Source: Eledone cirrhosa (lineage: Eukaryota). From it: a stretch of DNA of 64,000 nt. The stretch covers positions 113,522,001 to 113,586,000 of the forward strand of contig OZ024741.1 in the NCBI GenBank assembly GCA_964016885.1. The letters run 5' to 3'. The notes under the pieces are model-generated. The model did not search any database, was not told the DNA's origin, and saw only the letters and a list, made by a program, of their open reading frames with translations. Of this stretch, positions 26,600 to 40,890 are shown piece after piece. The number at the start of each line of letters is the position of its first letter. The first letter of the stretch is position 1. A program made the position numbers and the translations under genes.

Positions 26600-28150
26600 T
26601 GGCAGGATTGATTTCTACAGCTGAATTCCCTTCCTAACACCAACCTCATTTACAGTGAGTACTGGATGCTTTTTACCGCGCTGCCTACACGACCACTTTA
26701 CAGTGCGTACTGGGTGCTTTTTTGTCATGACACCTACACAACCACTTTACAGTAGGTGGGGGTGGGGGTATGCTGTCTATATGCTTCAGCTTCAGCTTGT
26801 ACCCATGGGAAGTCGGGTCTTCTGTATTACAGCGTAACGCCAGAGATCTCAGTCCTGTGTCATCATCTTTGAGAGGTGCAATTGGGCAAGATCAGCTTTT
26901 ATGGCCTTATCCCAGGTCTTCTTGGGTCTCCCCACTCCAAGGCTTCCATCAACTTTTAGTGCTCTGCACCTTTTTATGCAACTGTCATCCTTCATACGCA
27001 TCACAAGTCCATATCAATGTAATCTTCTCTCATACACATAGCATTTAATTCCTTTTATGCTTAGACTCTCTCTTTCAATTCATTTATGCTTTGCCATTTT
27101 TGTATATTACTATTACACATCCATCGGAGCATGCGAGCATCATTTCTACACAAGTCTTCTGCACACAACGCCCAGGTCTCACTACCATGCAACATCACTG
27201 TTTGTATGCATGGAGCATACAGTCTGCCTTTCATTTTGTGGGAAAAGCCTTTTGCAGCTAGCAGTGATTTTGTCACCTAGGTGGCAGAAGCTGTCTACTG
27301 TTTCAACCAAACCCTCCAAGAATTTGGTAGTGCTTGTTTCATGTGGTCGTTTGCTGTTTACTGTGGTTATGGTGTGACCTACCGACACAAATGCTTTCAG
27401 CATCTCAGCAGCTATACCCGATGGACCGGTTGCTTTCCCAGTCTTCATATCCTTAATTGCTTTACTTACTACACTGCTGCTGACTTGCATAGCTGGGCCC
27501 TCTATGGGGTCCACTTGTGGTAGGGACTCATTCTCCCATGCATTCTCCTTATTCAGTAATCTTTAATAATTGTTTCTACTTTAGGCACAAGGCCAGCAAT
27601 TACCCAGTGCATTACTGGTACTATGGCTCTTCCACGCATCTTTCTTCTCAGCGCTTGTGATGGCAAGCCCACACGTCTCTCCAATGACATCACAATTTTC
27701 TCTGACACACTGCCTCGCAATCCTGAACACCTCCTGTTTCTGGTCCTCAGGCTGCAAAACATGCTTGAATTTTTTATCCTCCATTTCCCTTCTAGCTAAG
27801 TATACTTGTCGCCTAGCTTCCCTCCTTGTCTCTATGTAATGTACCCTGCTTCCCCGCATTCTTCCATAGTTTCCATGCCTGTCTCTTAGCCTTAATTGCT
27901 TCGTCTATCTTATTGTTCTACCACCAAGTCACTCTCCTTCTCCCTCTGGTCTTGCTCCAACCACAAATCTCGTCTGTCGCCTTTAGTAAGTTATTTTTTA
28001 GCATCTCCCAGTGCTCTTTTATATTGAATATTGCTATCTGATCTTCTTTTCTGTCACAGGCATCAAGTAAGATATCTTTAAATCTGTTACTGGCTGAGGG
28101 TTCTTTCAGTTTCCAGATTTTTCTTCAGGCTGCTTTCTGTTTCCTAGTTT
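26600..28150 (-). mobile_element. RTE family A, internally deleted copy with a SINE fragment inserted
   Basis: ORF pieces 27581-27859, 27182-27514 and 27061-27276 match the intact copy but skip the RT core. Confidence 0.88.
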
Positions 28151-28370
28151 CTCTCTCTATATATATATGTATGTGGTTGACAGATGAAAGAAAAGTGTAC
28201 TCAATATTGAAGTAGAGTTTTAATATTCATTTTATTAAGGCTAAATTGTAAGTGTTGTTACAGAATAACAAGATTCACTATTTATCCTTAATAAAATGAA
28301 TATATATATATATATATAATTTCCCTAGAAAATAATATCAATTACTTCAAATACAAATTCCATTGCATTC

Positions 28371-29336
28371 CATTGCACAGATGGTCCTATAGAAATAGTG
28401 GACACCTTCCGTTACCTGGGTGACAAAATCAACAGTGGAGCAGGGTGCTCTGAAAGTACAGTAGCTAGAGTAAGAACGGGATGGCAAAAGTTCAGAGAGC
28501 TTATAACACTATTGGCCGCTAAAGGGTTCTCTCTAAAAATGAAAGGCAGGCTGTATGATGCCTGCATACGAACAGCAATGTTACATGGCAGTGAGACCTG
28601 GGCATTGTGTGCAGAGGATATACGCAGACTGGAGAGAAACGAAGCTTGCATGCTCCGCTGGATGTGTAATAGTAATATACGTGAACGGCAAAGCATAAAT
28701 GAACTAAGGGAGAAATTAGGAATAAGAGGGATCAGAAGACTACGTTGGTACGGTCATGTGATGTGCATGCAAGACGACAGCTGTATAAAAAAGTGCAGGG
28801 CGATAAAAATAGACGGTAGCCACGGAGTAAGGCAGACCCAGAAAAACCTGGGACGACTTGATAAATTCCAACCTCACACACTTACACCTCTCCAAGACAA
28901 TGTCACTGGACCGAGATCTTTGGCGCTACACAGTAATACAGAAGACCCGCCTTGCCTAAGTACAAAGCGAAACTTACAGTCAGTAGGCACCTCTAACAAA
29001 AATACACCCCCACCCCATCCACACCACCCCTTTCGATGTAAAGTTATGTTGGTACCACAGCATCCAGTGCGAAACAAATGAGATTGTGTAGGTGTCACGA
29101 CAAAAAAACACACAGTCCACGCTGTAATGTGGCCGTGTAGGTAACACGGTAAAAACCTCTCAGTCCACACTGTAAATGTGGTTGGTGTTAGGAAGGGCAT
29201 CCAGCCGTAGAAAACCCACCAGACAGTCCTATACGAGCAAGACAACCAATCTTGCCTCAAGTCGGAAAATTCCCGTCCAAACTCATGCAAGCGTGGAAGA
29301 TGGACGTTAAACGATGCTGATGATGATGATGATGAT
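28371..29336 (+). mobile_element. RTE family A 3' end
   Basis: ORF 28398-29081 (FRYLGD, MLHGSETW, LRWYGHV); 3' UTR; GGACGTTAAACGATG(ATG)n tail. Confidence 0.92.
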
Positions 29337-29714
29337 ACATTAGAAGATTCTTAATGCATGATCTGCAGTCACCAGCTACACACAAAGCAAAGCTTTTTTA
29401 TTATGTAAATAAATTTTTATATTTGTTTACTTGAACAAAAAAAAACACATGAAAAATTCAGAGCAATTGTTTTACTTAATCAATAGGAGTGTTTTGTTTT
29501 ATTATTTTTCTCTCCTTTATGGAATGGAGAAAATTGAAGGAAAAAAATGGAAAACTGATTACTTTTGTATTCATAAAAAAATAATCTACATTATAATAAC
29601 TGTACAGCTTTTTTGTTTATCTGTCACATGGACACAAGGTTCTGCCAAAAGTGCCTTAAACATTTGTTTTATCTAGAATTCATACAACATACATGTACGA
29701 CAGAAGGGATGGGA

Positions 29715-31035
<1,321 letters not shown>

Positions 31036-31052
31036 CAATCAATTTCAAGTTG

Positions 31053-33760
31053 ATCATCATCACCGTTTTACGTCCGTTCTTCCACGCTAGCATGGGTTAG
31101 ACGGGTTGTCCTGTTGTGGGCAGTGTCTGGTCGGCTGACCATGCCTTGCTCATACAGGAACTGATCTGGCTTGATTTCTACAGCTGGATGCCCTTCCTAA
31201 CACCAACATCATTTACAGTGAGTGCTGGGTGCTTTTTCGTGGCGCCTACACGTCCACTTTACAGTGTGGGCTGGGTGCTTTTTTGCCGTGGCACCTCCAC
31301 GACCACCTTGCGGTGGGGGGGGGGGGCATATTGTTTATATGCTTCAGCATGTACCCATGGGAGGTCGGGTACCCTGTATTACTGCGTGACGCCAGAAGTC
31401 ACGGTCGTGTGTCATTGACTTTGAGAGGTATAGTTGGGTAAGGTCGGCTTTTATCACCTCATCCCAAGTCATCTTGGGTCTCCCCACTCCGCAGTTTCCA
31501 TCAACTTCTAGTGCTCTGCACCTTTTTATGCAGCTGTCATCCTTCATACGCATCACATGTCCATACCAGCGTAACCGCCTCTCCTGCACGCAGCATTTGA
31601 TTCCTCTTATGCTCAGTCTCTCTCTCAATTCCTTTATGCTTTGTCGTTCACGTATATTACTGTTACACATCCATCGGAGCATGCAGGCTTCGTTTCTCTC
31701 TAATCTACGTAAGTCTTCCACCTTCAGCGCCCAGGTCTCACTACCATGCAACATCGCTGTTCTGATACACGCATCATACAGTCTGCCTTTCATTCTGAGG
31801 GAGAAGCCTTTTGCAGCTAGCAGTGGTAGTAGTTCCCTAAACTTCTTCCATCCCGTTCTTACCCTAGTTATTGTACTTTCTGAGCACCCACCTCCGTTGC
31901 TAATTCGGTCACCTAGGTAGCAGAAGCTGTCTACTGTTTCTACAGGGCCCTCCCAGAGATTGGTGGTACTTGTTTCCTGTGGCTGTTTGCTTGCTGTTTC
32001 AGCACAGCTGCTGCATGTGAATCCTACATTCTTAATTAAGCTTCCTGAGATCCCGCTACATCTCTTGTGTACCCATTGTTTGCATTTGGGGCAGAGAATG
32101 GAGTTCCTACCTACACCTTTCCTACATACTGAGCAAGGCCATTTCCCTGAGGGGATCTGGGTTCTGTTTTCTCGTCTACTTATAAGGACCTTAGTCTTTG
32201 TCATGTTGACTTTGAGGCCCTTTCTCTCTAGTCCCTGCTTCCAGGTTTGGAATTTATTCTCTAGTTCTACCATAGATTCAGCTATGAGTGCGAGGTCATC
32301 AGCATACAGGAGTTCCCATGGGCATCCGGTCTTAAACTCCTCCGTTATTGCCTGCAGGACTATGATGAACAGGAGAGGGCTAAGAACAGAGCCCTGGTGG
32401 ACCCCAACCTGTACGCTAAATTCCTCGCTATACTCATTGCCAATCCTAACTTTGCTGACTGCTCCCCTATACATGGCTTGTACCGCTTTCACAAGCCATT
32501 CATCTACTCCTAGTTTTCTAAGAGCCCACCAGATTACTGCACGTGGAACTCTGTCAAAGGCTTTCTCAAGGTCGACAAATGCCAAGTAGAGTGGCTTACT
32601 TTTAGCTAGGTACTTTTCCTGTAATTGCCTCACAAGGAAGAGGGCATCAGTGGTGCCTTTCCCTGGTACAAACCCAAATTGCATCTCGTCTATATTCACC
32701 CGGTCCCTAATCAGCTGTGCTATAACTCTTTCTGTTACTTTCATGACCTGGTCCATCAACTTTATACCTCTATAGTTTCCTCTATCTAGTGCATCGCCTT
32801 TACCTTTGTAGCAGTTGACAATGATGCTACTGCACCAATCTTTTGGTATGGCCCCCTCTAGTATTACCTGGTTAACGATACGTGTGGTTATAGTGTGACC
32901 TACAGACCCAGATGCCTTCAGCATCTCGGCAGCTATACCCGATGGACCGGTTGCCTTCCCTATCTTCATATCTCTGATTGCCTTACTTACTACGCTGCCG
33001 CTGACTTGTACTGCTGGTCCCTCTATAGGGTCTACGTGGGGTAGGGTCTCTTCTTCCCATGCATTCTCCTCATTTAGTAATCTATCATAATGACTCTTCC
33101 ATGCATCTTTCTTCTCAGCACTTGTGAGGGCAAGCTCACCTTTATCATTCCGGATACACTTCTCTCCAATGACATCACAACTATCTCTGACACACTGCCT
33201 CGCAATCTTGAATACCTCCTGTTTCTGGTCCTCACGTTGTAAAACATGCTTGAATTTTCTATCCTCTGCTTCCCTCCTAGCTAAGTATACTTGTCGCCTA
33301 GCTTCCCTCTTGGTCTCTATGTAATGTACCCTGCTCCCCCCGTTCTTCCATTCTTTCCATGCCTGTCTCTTGGCCTTGACTGCTTCATCTACCTTATTGT
33401 TCCACCACCAAGTCACTCTCCTCCTGCTTGAGGTCTTACTCCAGCCACAAACCTCATCCGTCGCCTCTAGTAAGTTATTTTTTAGGAACTCCCAGTTCTC
33501 TTCTACGTTAAATGTCTGTATCTGTTCTTCTTTACTGTCGTAGGCGTTGAGTAAAATATCTTTAAATCTGTTACTGGTTGAGGGGACTTTCAGCTTCCAG
33601 ATCTTTCTTCTCCAGGTTGGCCTCTGTTTCAGGGCTCGTCTAGTTCTGACCGTGAGGTCGCTGACAACTAAGCTATGTTGGGATGTACATTCCTCACTAG
33701 GGAAGGCTTTTGTGTTTACGACCGTCCATCTGTCACGTCCTCTGATGAGGATAAAATCGT
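31053..33760 (-). mobile_element. RTE-clade LINE (family A), 5'-truncated, with an intact RT region
   Basis: Uninterrupted 690-aa ORF 31344-33416 with NYRGIKL, FVDLEKAFDRV, GVHQGSVLSP, LLYADD and RRLRWYGHV motifs; 3' UTR ends in GGACGTAAAACG(GTGATGAT) tail. Confidence 0.95.
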
Positions 33761-33834
33761 TATTATTGATTTTTATTGATATATATATTGATATATTATT
33801 GATTTATATATTGATATATTATTGATTTTAATTG

Positions 33835-33869
<35 letters not shown>

Positions 33870-33902
33870 TATATATATATATTATATATATATATCTCTC
33901 AT

Positions 33903-36900
33903 CTAAGGCGGGTAAAATTCCCGAGATCCATGGACGAGTTCTCTCCAGCGGTCTCTGTCCCTCATTATCGCTGCCATATCCTGCATCTCCAACAGACCAG
34001 TGTCTGTCCTTAGGGCATCAACATATGTTAACCTTGGTCTTCCTCTTCTAGTGTGTCCATGTAGGGGCTCCCAAAGGAGCACTGAGTGCAATGTCAACTC
34101 TGGATGTCGGTGAGCATGTCCAGCCAACCTCAGTCTCCTCTGTGTCACTTTTGAGCTGACTTTTGGGATGCTCCCATACAGCTCTGAGTTTTTCATCCTC
34201 AGTGTATACTGATTAATGTTCAGAGCCATCTTCAGCATTCTCATGTAGCACCTATCCACCATCTGAGTGAGTCTCTTGGTCAGTGTCCAAGTCTCAGACT
34301 CATACAGCAGCGCAGACTCCACTACAGCAATGAAGAGGCGGATTTTCAGGTCTCTACGAAGGTCCGACTTCCACACCGATCTCAAGCTGTGACACGCCGC
34401 CCAGGCCTTGCTCTTCCTCTCAACCACATCATCTTCCGTATTCCCAATCTTTGCTCCCAAATACAGGAAGTCCTCAACCAATTCCAGCGGCTACCAGATA
34501 TTTTGTTTTAGTCTCATTCATTTTCAGCCCCACACTCATCGACACAGTCTCAACCTCCCGCATCAAATCCTCTGCCTCCTTCACTGTATTTGTCACCAAA
34601 ACTATGTCGTCGGCAAATTCAGCATCCGATACCTTTTTCGCCCCAACTCTCCTGCTCTGAGCCGGTGCTACAGTAAAGCCAGAGTCCTGGTGTTTCTCCA
34701 GTACAAGGCGCATACAATAGTCCACTACGATGGTAAAAAGGTAGGGAGCCAATGTATCTCCCTGGAGCACTCCAGCCAGTATCTCAAAGAACTCTGTCAT
34801 CCCATCAGGTGTAATGACTTGGGCTTTGGTGTTGGTGTAGAGCAGTGATATCAGGTCCACTATCCTCTTGGGGATTCCATAAGCCTGTAAGATCTTCATC
34901 AGGCAGTAATGGTCCACAGAATCAAAGGCCTTCCTAAAGTCAATGAAAACCATGACCGCAGGAAGGCACTTTGCTCTAGCTCCCTCTAATATCCTCCTCA
35001 GCATCAGGATGTGACTGGTGGTTGATCTACCCTCTCTGAAGCCGTTCTGGTTGTCCCTGAGCTTCTTCTCCATCTCAGGCTGGATCCTGTTAAGAATCAT
35101 CCTGTTGAGTGTCTTTGCCACAAGTGACGTCAGTGAGATCCCCCGGTAGTTGTTGGTGTTAGAGAGATCTCCCTTCTTTGGCACTGGGACGATGTTACTG
35201 ATCCTCCACTGATTCGGGGCAACTCCTTTCTCCAGTGCCCCGTTACAGAACCCCAGGATGATATCATCAAAATCACACCTCTTCATCACCTCTGATGCCA
35301 CTCCATCTTCTCCATGAGCCTTGCCCTCCTTGATCTTCTTCTTGGCTCTCTGAAGCTCCTCTCTGGTGAAGGGCTCTGTCTCAACATCCAGTTCCTCAAA
35401 CAGCCGCCTGATCTCCCCAGTGCTCTGGGCTGTGGAGGGTGGCTCTCCTAGTAGGGTCCTAAAATGGTCTAGCCATTTCCTCTTCCTATCCTCGGACCCC
35501 GTTCCCTGGATCTGACTCAAACACCTTTTCTTCCTCCCTGTGATCTCGTTGATGATCATCCAGCTCTCCTTACATCCAGATCTGTCAACCGCTCTCTCCA
35601 CACTTCTGATCTTCTCTATCAGTGCCTCCTCTCTGACCTCAGTGTAAGCGGTACAAAGCTCTTCCCTCATCACCTCCACAGTCTCCATCCTCTCCTCCGT
35701 AGGATCAGCATAGAATTGGTCCCTGGCAGCTTTCAGGTGTTCTCTGGCTGCACACACTTTTGGGTTTGCAGAGCTGACATGCTTCCCTTTGTTCTTTTTC
35801 CTCGGCACCAGGGTTTCACTTGCTTTCGCCACTGCATTGGTGAAGTGCCCGTACCTCCTCGTCACACTCTCCTCAGTCCATCCAATCTCTCTCTCCTCTG
35901 ACTCTCCACACAGAGCACTAAACCTGTTTCTCACTTCCACTGTGAACCTCTCCTGTAGCTTATCATCTTCCTTGAAAGCTCCCCAGTCATAGATTGTTCT
36001 CCGGGGCTGAGCCTTGCTCTTTCTTAAGCTCACGCGGACCTCACTCATAACAAGCCGGTGGTCACTACTCAGTGTACTGAAATAGCTGTATGGTTCCGTG
36101 TTCAGAACACTATTCCGCCACTTTTTCCTCACCAGAATGAAATCAATCTGGGACTTGGACAGGTGCATATCTGAGATGTAGGTCCACATCTTCCCCAGAT
36201 TCTTCCTAAACCTTAGGTTGGTCGCCATCAAGTTCGCCTCCAGCAGGGTGCCTCTCAGTAGTCTTCCATTTCGGTTGGTGTTGTTATGGAAGTACCAGCA
36301 AGGATCTTCACTGCCCTCCTTACTCAGATGTGCATTGAAGTCCCCCAAAACAAGCAGGATATTGTGTGCCTGAGTGGTGTTGACAGCTCTACACACCTCC
36401 TCATGGAACTCCTCGGCATTCACATCACTGTCCCCCTCGGTTGGACTATAGGCTGAGATGACTGTCAGTCTTGGGTTTCCATTGAAGGTCACCCTCAACA
36501 CTCGCGGGGAGATAGGCATTATTTCCCTCACCAACAGATTGGTTTTTGCACTGAACACAAAACCCACTCCTCCTACTGCAGCATTTGTTGTGTTCTTCAC
36601 TGCCGATGTAGTGATGAGCTGGCTCTTCCTCCCGATCATCACACTCCTCACGGGCTCATCATGTAGAATCCTGTGTTCTTGGATCGCAAGTATCTGTATA
36701 CCACTCTCCTCGAACAGATGTCCCAACTCCTCTCTCTTCTCCAGCGTTCGAATAGTCCTCACATTCAAAGTGCCCATTTTGATGGCTCTTCTGCAGGACA
36801 AAACAGCATTCTTTATATTTGTCTCAGAGACAGCTGATCCATCATCCACTGGCCCTCTCTGTGGCTCTAAGCCAGCAGAGTCATAACGACCAGGCTGCTC

Positions 36901-37162
36901 CTTGACAGTGTAATTAGAGGCTCTAACCCTAGTGCTGTTAGATCGACTCTCCATATTTCTTTTCAATGGCTGACAATACCTTACCGGCGCCACTCGAATA
37001 AGGTAGTTATTTAACCCATAAATGGAGCCCTAACAGGTACTACCACCCCGGGCCAGGGCAGACCTGGGAGTCATGACAACTAAGGGGCAACTCCACATTC
37101 CCCACATCTCCTGAACTCCCGAACTGGAGCCTTGCCACTGGATGTAGTTTAATGTCATACCC

Positions 37163-37168
<6 letters not shown>
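33903..37168 (-). mobile_element. RTE-clade LINE (family B), near full length, APE endonuclease + RT
   Basis: 839-aa ORF 34474-36993 (GTLNVRT, IQEHR, GDFNAH, IDFIL, SDHR; FIDFRKAFDSV, GVLQGDTLAP, FADD) continues after one frameshift into 33903-34481 (FLYLG, RLRLAGH); (TA)-rich flanks. Confidence 0.95.
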
Positions 37169-37205
<37 letters not shown>

Positions 37206-37332
37206 ATATATTATAAATATATATTATATATTATAGATATATATTATATTATATATATATTATATATATATATATATACTATATATATATATTATATATT
37301 ATATATATATATTATATATTATATATATATAT

Positions 37333-38886
37333 TCATCATCATCATCATCATCAGGTTTAGCGTCCGTGTTCCACGCTTGCATGGGTTTGGACGGGGGTTT
37401 TCCCACTTGAGGCAAGAGTGGTTGTCTTGCTCGCATAGGACTGTCTGGCGGGTTTTCTACAGTTGGATGCCCTTCCTAACACCAACCACATTTACAGTGT
37501 GGGGCTGGGAGGTTTTTACCGTGTTGCCTACACGGCCACATTACAGCGTGGACTGTCTGGCGGGTTTTCTACAGCTGGATGCCCTTCCTAACACCAACCA
37601 CATTTACAGTGTGGGGCTGGGAGGTTTTTACCGTGTTGCCTACACGGCCACATTTACAGCGTGGACTGTGTGTTTTTTGTCGTGACACCTACACGATCTC
37701 ATTTGTTTCGGCCTGGATGTTGTGGGACCAACATAACTTTACATTGAAAGGGGCGGTGTGGGTGGGGTGGAGGTGGTGGGACGGGGGTGTGTTTTGATAG
37801 AGGTGCCTACTGACTGTAGTAGGTTTTTACTTTGTATTTAGGTAAGGCGGGTCTTCTCTATTACTGAGTACCGCCAAAGGTCTCGGTCCAGTGACATTTT
37901 CTTGGAGAGGTGTAAGCGTGTGAGGTCGGAATTTATCAGCTCGTCCCATGTTTTTCTGGGTCTGCCTACTCCGTGGCTACCGTCTATCTTTATTGCCCTG
38001 CACTTTGTTATACAGCTGTCGTCTTTCATGCGCATCACGTGACCGTACCAACGTAGCCTTCTCTCGAGTAAACAAAATCTGATCCCTCTTATTTCTAATT
38101 TTTTCCTTAGTTCGTTTATGCTTTGCCGTTCACGTATATTACTATTGCACATCCAGCGGAGCATGCAAGCTTCGTTCCTCTCAAGTCTGCGTATATCCTC
38201 TGCACACAATGCCCAGGTCTCACCGCCATGCAGCATTGCTGTTCGTATGCAGGCATCGTATAACCTGCCTTTCATTTTTAGGGAGAACCCTCTAGCGGCT
38301 AATAGTGGTATAAGCTCTCTGAACTTTTTCCATCCAGTTCTGACTCTAGCTACTGTACTTTCAGAGCACCCTCCCCCACTGCTGATTTTGTCACCCAGAT
38401 AACGGAAGCTGTCCACTATTTCTATAGAACCCTCTGCGCAGTTGAAGGAGCTAGTATTTTGTGGGGACTTGCTGCTACTTATTGCACCAGAGCACCGGCC
38501 ACATGTAAAATCTATGTTCTTAGTTAGCTTACCTTGATCCCACTACATCTTTTATGCACCCATACTTTGCATTTGGGACATAAAATGGAGTTTCTACCTA
38601 CGCCTTTCCTACACACTGAGCATGGCCATTTCCCCGATGGGACCGCCGCCTTATTTTCTTTCCTACAAACTAGAACTTTAGTCTTAGCCAGGTTAATTTT
38701 AAGGCCTTTTGATTCTAGGCCGTGCTTCCACGTTTGGAATTTCTTCTCTAGTTCGGTCATTGATTCAGCTATGAGCGTTAGATCATCTGCGTATAGGAGT
38801 TCCCATGGGCAGCCAGTCTTGAACTCCTCTGTTATAGCCTGAAGGGCAATAATAAATAGTAGGGGGCTAAGTACAGAGCCCTGATG
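37333..38886 (-). mobile_element. RTE family A 3' portion
   Basis: ORFs 38524-38760 and 37838-38416; 3' UTR with internal duplication; (CAT)n tail at 37333. Confidence 0.92.
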
Positions 38887-39430
38887 GATATATATATTAT
38901 ATATATATATTATATATTATATATATATATATATTATATATTTTATATATATTATATATATATATATATTATATATATTATATATATTATATATATATAT
39001 ATATTATATATTTTATATATATATATATTATATATTTTATATATATATATATTATATATTATATATATATATATTATATGTTATGTATATATATATATAT
39101 ATATATAAATGGAAAAACTGAAATTCATTTCTCACTCTTAGTATGGCTGATACTTAAATATAAGTATGTATATGTACATACATATATGTATACAGATGTA
39201 CAGTAGTATGTATATACATACATACATGCACACATATATATATGTACGTATGGGTTTACTGAACATTTATTATAATGTTCGGTTTGTTTGTAAACCCATA
39301 TGTACATATTTATACGTACATATATATATATATATATGTGTCTGTATGTATGTATATACATACTACTGTACGTCTGTATACATATATGTATGTACGTATC
39401 CATACTTATATTTATATATATATTTATATA

Positions 39431-40010
39431 TATTACTATTGGTCTCTGAAATAGCAATGTATACATGAATGTATGTATAGTATATTTGGCAATATACTGT
39501 ACGTTTAATTAAAAACATTTGAAAACCATTCGCTAAAAGTTTTAAAGTATGCTAACAAGCGAGAAACAGACTGTCGACCACTCTCCTTTGTTTTTGCTGA
39601 GAATAAGTAAGTGTCATAGTCACTACTTTAAAACTCATAGTGAATGGTCTTAAAAATGTTTTTAATTAAACATACAGTATATTGCCATATATACATCATT
39701 ATTTCAGAGCACCAATACTAATAGCTAATTTTTGCTGGACCAGCAATCGCTCTATTTAATCAGCTCTTAAATATTACTGGGATTCTATAATAATCCAACT
39801 TCTATAAATCTTGGCAGAGGCAGGGGAGTGTGTGGTCATGATAAACGCTAACAAGCAAGAAACAGACTGTCGATCACTCTCCTTTGTTTTTGCTGAGAAT
39901 AAGTAAGTGACATAGTCACTACTTTAAAACTCTTAGTAAATGATCTTCAAAATGTTTTTAATTAAACATACATTATATTGCCAAGTATACTATACATACA
40001 TTCATATATA
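39431..40010. mobile_element. Penelope-like pseudo-LTR remnant (one inverted and two direct copies)
   Basis: 39551-39723 is repeated at 39847-40007; 39431-39549 is an inverted copy of the 3' part; degenerate hammerhead at 39832-39877. Confidence 0.7.
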
Positions 40011-40089
40011 TATATATTATATGAAGCACTCATGTTTAGAAAATGGCAAGTGGAATTTGAAAATTGAATTAGAATATCTCGTAATAGTC

Positions 40090-40275
40090 TAATAATCGTT
40101 TTTACTTTTGGCACAAGGCCAGCAATTACCTCAGTGCATTACTGGTGCTTTATGTTATCGATCCCGTAAGGAATAAAGGCAAAGTTAACCTCGGTGGGAT
40201 TTGAACTCAGACCGTAAAGGGTCGTAACTCTATGTTACAAAGAATGGCATCCGACCCTCTACTGATACTGCAAAT
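40090..40275 (-). mobile_element. SINE group 2
   Basis: Match to 6668-6850. Confidence 0.85.
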
Positions 40276-40749
40276 CCTAATTATAACAGGTTGTATGATC
40301 CCACTGATGCCCATCTTTTTCCATTCAGTGAGTTTATATACCCTTTTATTATGTGACTACTTTATTTAGCACATTTATGGCGAGAACTTCTAATTCATTT
40401 TCATATATATACATATGATGTAAAGGATGATGTGCTCATACACAGTGATGTTATAAAATAACTGATAAGATATGGTAAAGGCCCTTAAAATCCTAGCCGA
40501 TACCAACTTCTTTTTCTGTCTTTTAACGGTTTTCATCCTATTTTATAAGCTATATTACAGCATCTCTGTGTATGAGCACATAATCTTTTGCATTATCTCA
40601 TTATTTTCAGTGCTCAAAAGTCCAAGAAATCGGCTATCTATATTGTTTCTCTACATATATATATATATAGTGGAGATATGCTCAGCTGAGAAGGACTTAT
40701 TCAACCCATGCAAGAATGGATGTAAAAATGATAATGATGACAATTATAC

Positions 40750-40781
<32 letters not shown>

Positions 40782-40857
40782 TATGGGTTGAAGAGTGCTC
40801 CACTACTGCAGTAGGATGCATGAATGGATGTAAAAATGATAATGATGACAATTATAC

Positions 40858-40890
<33 letters not shown>

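Noticed and set aside
31474-32589. Plus-strand ORFs of 148 and 209 aa
   Set aside because: Antisense shadows of the RTE ORF; the same applies to many other opposite-strand ORFs over LINEs.
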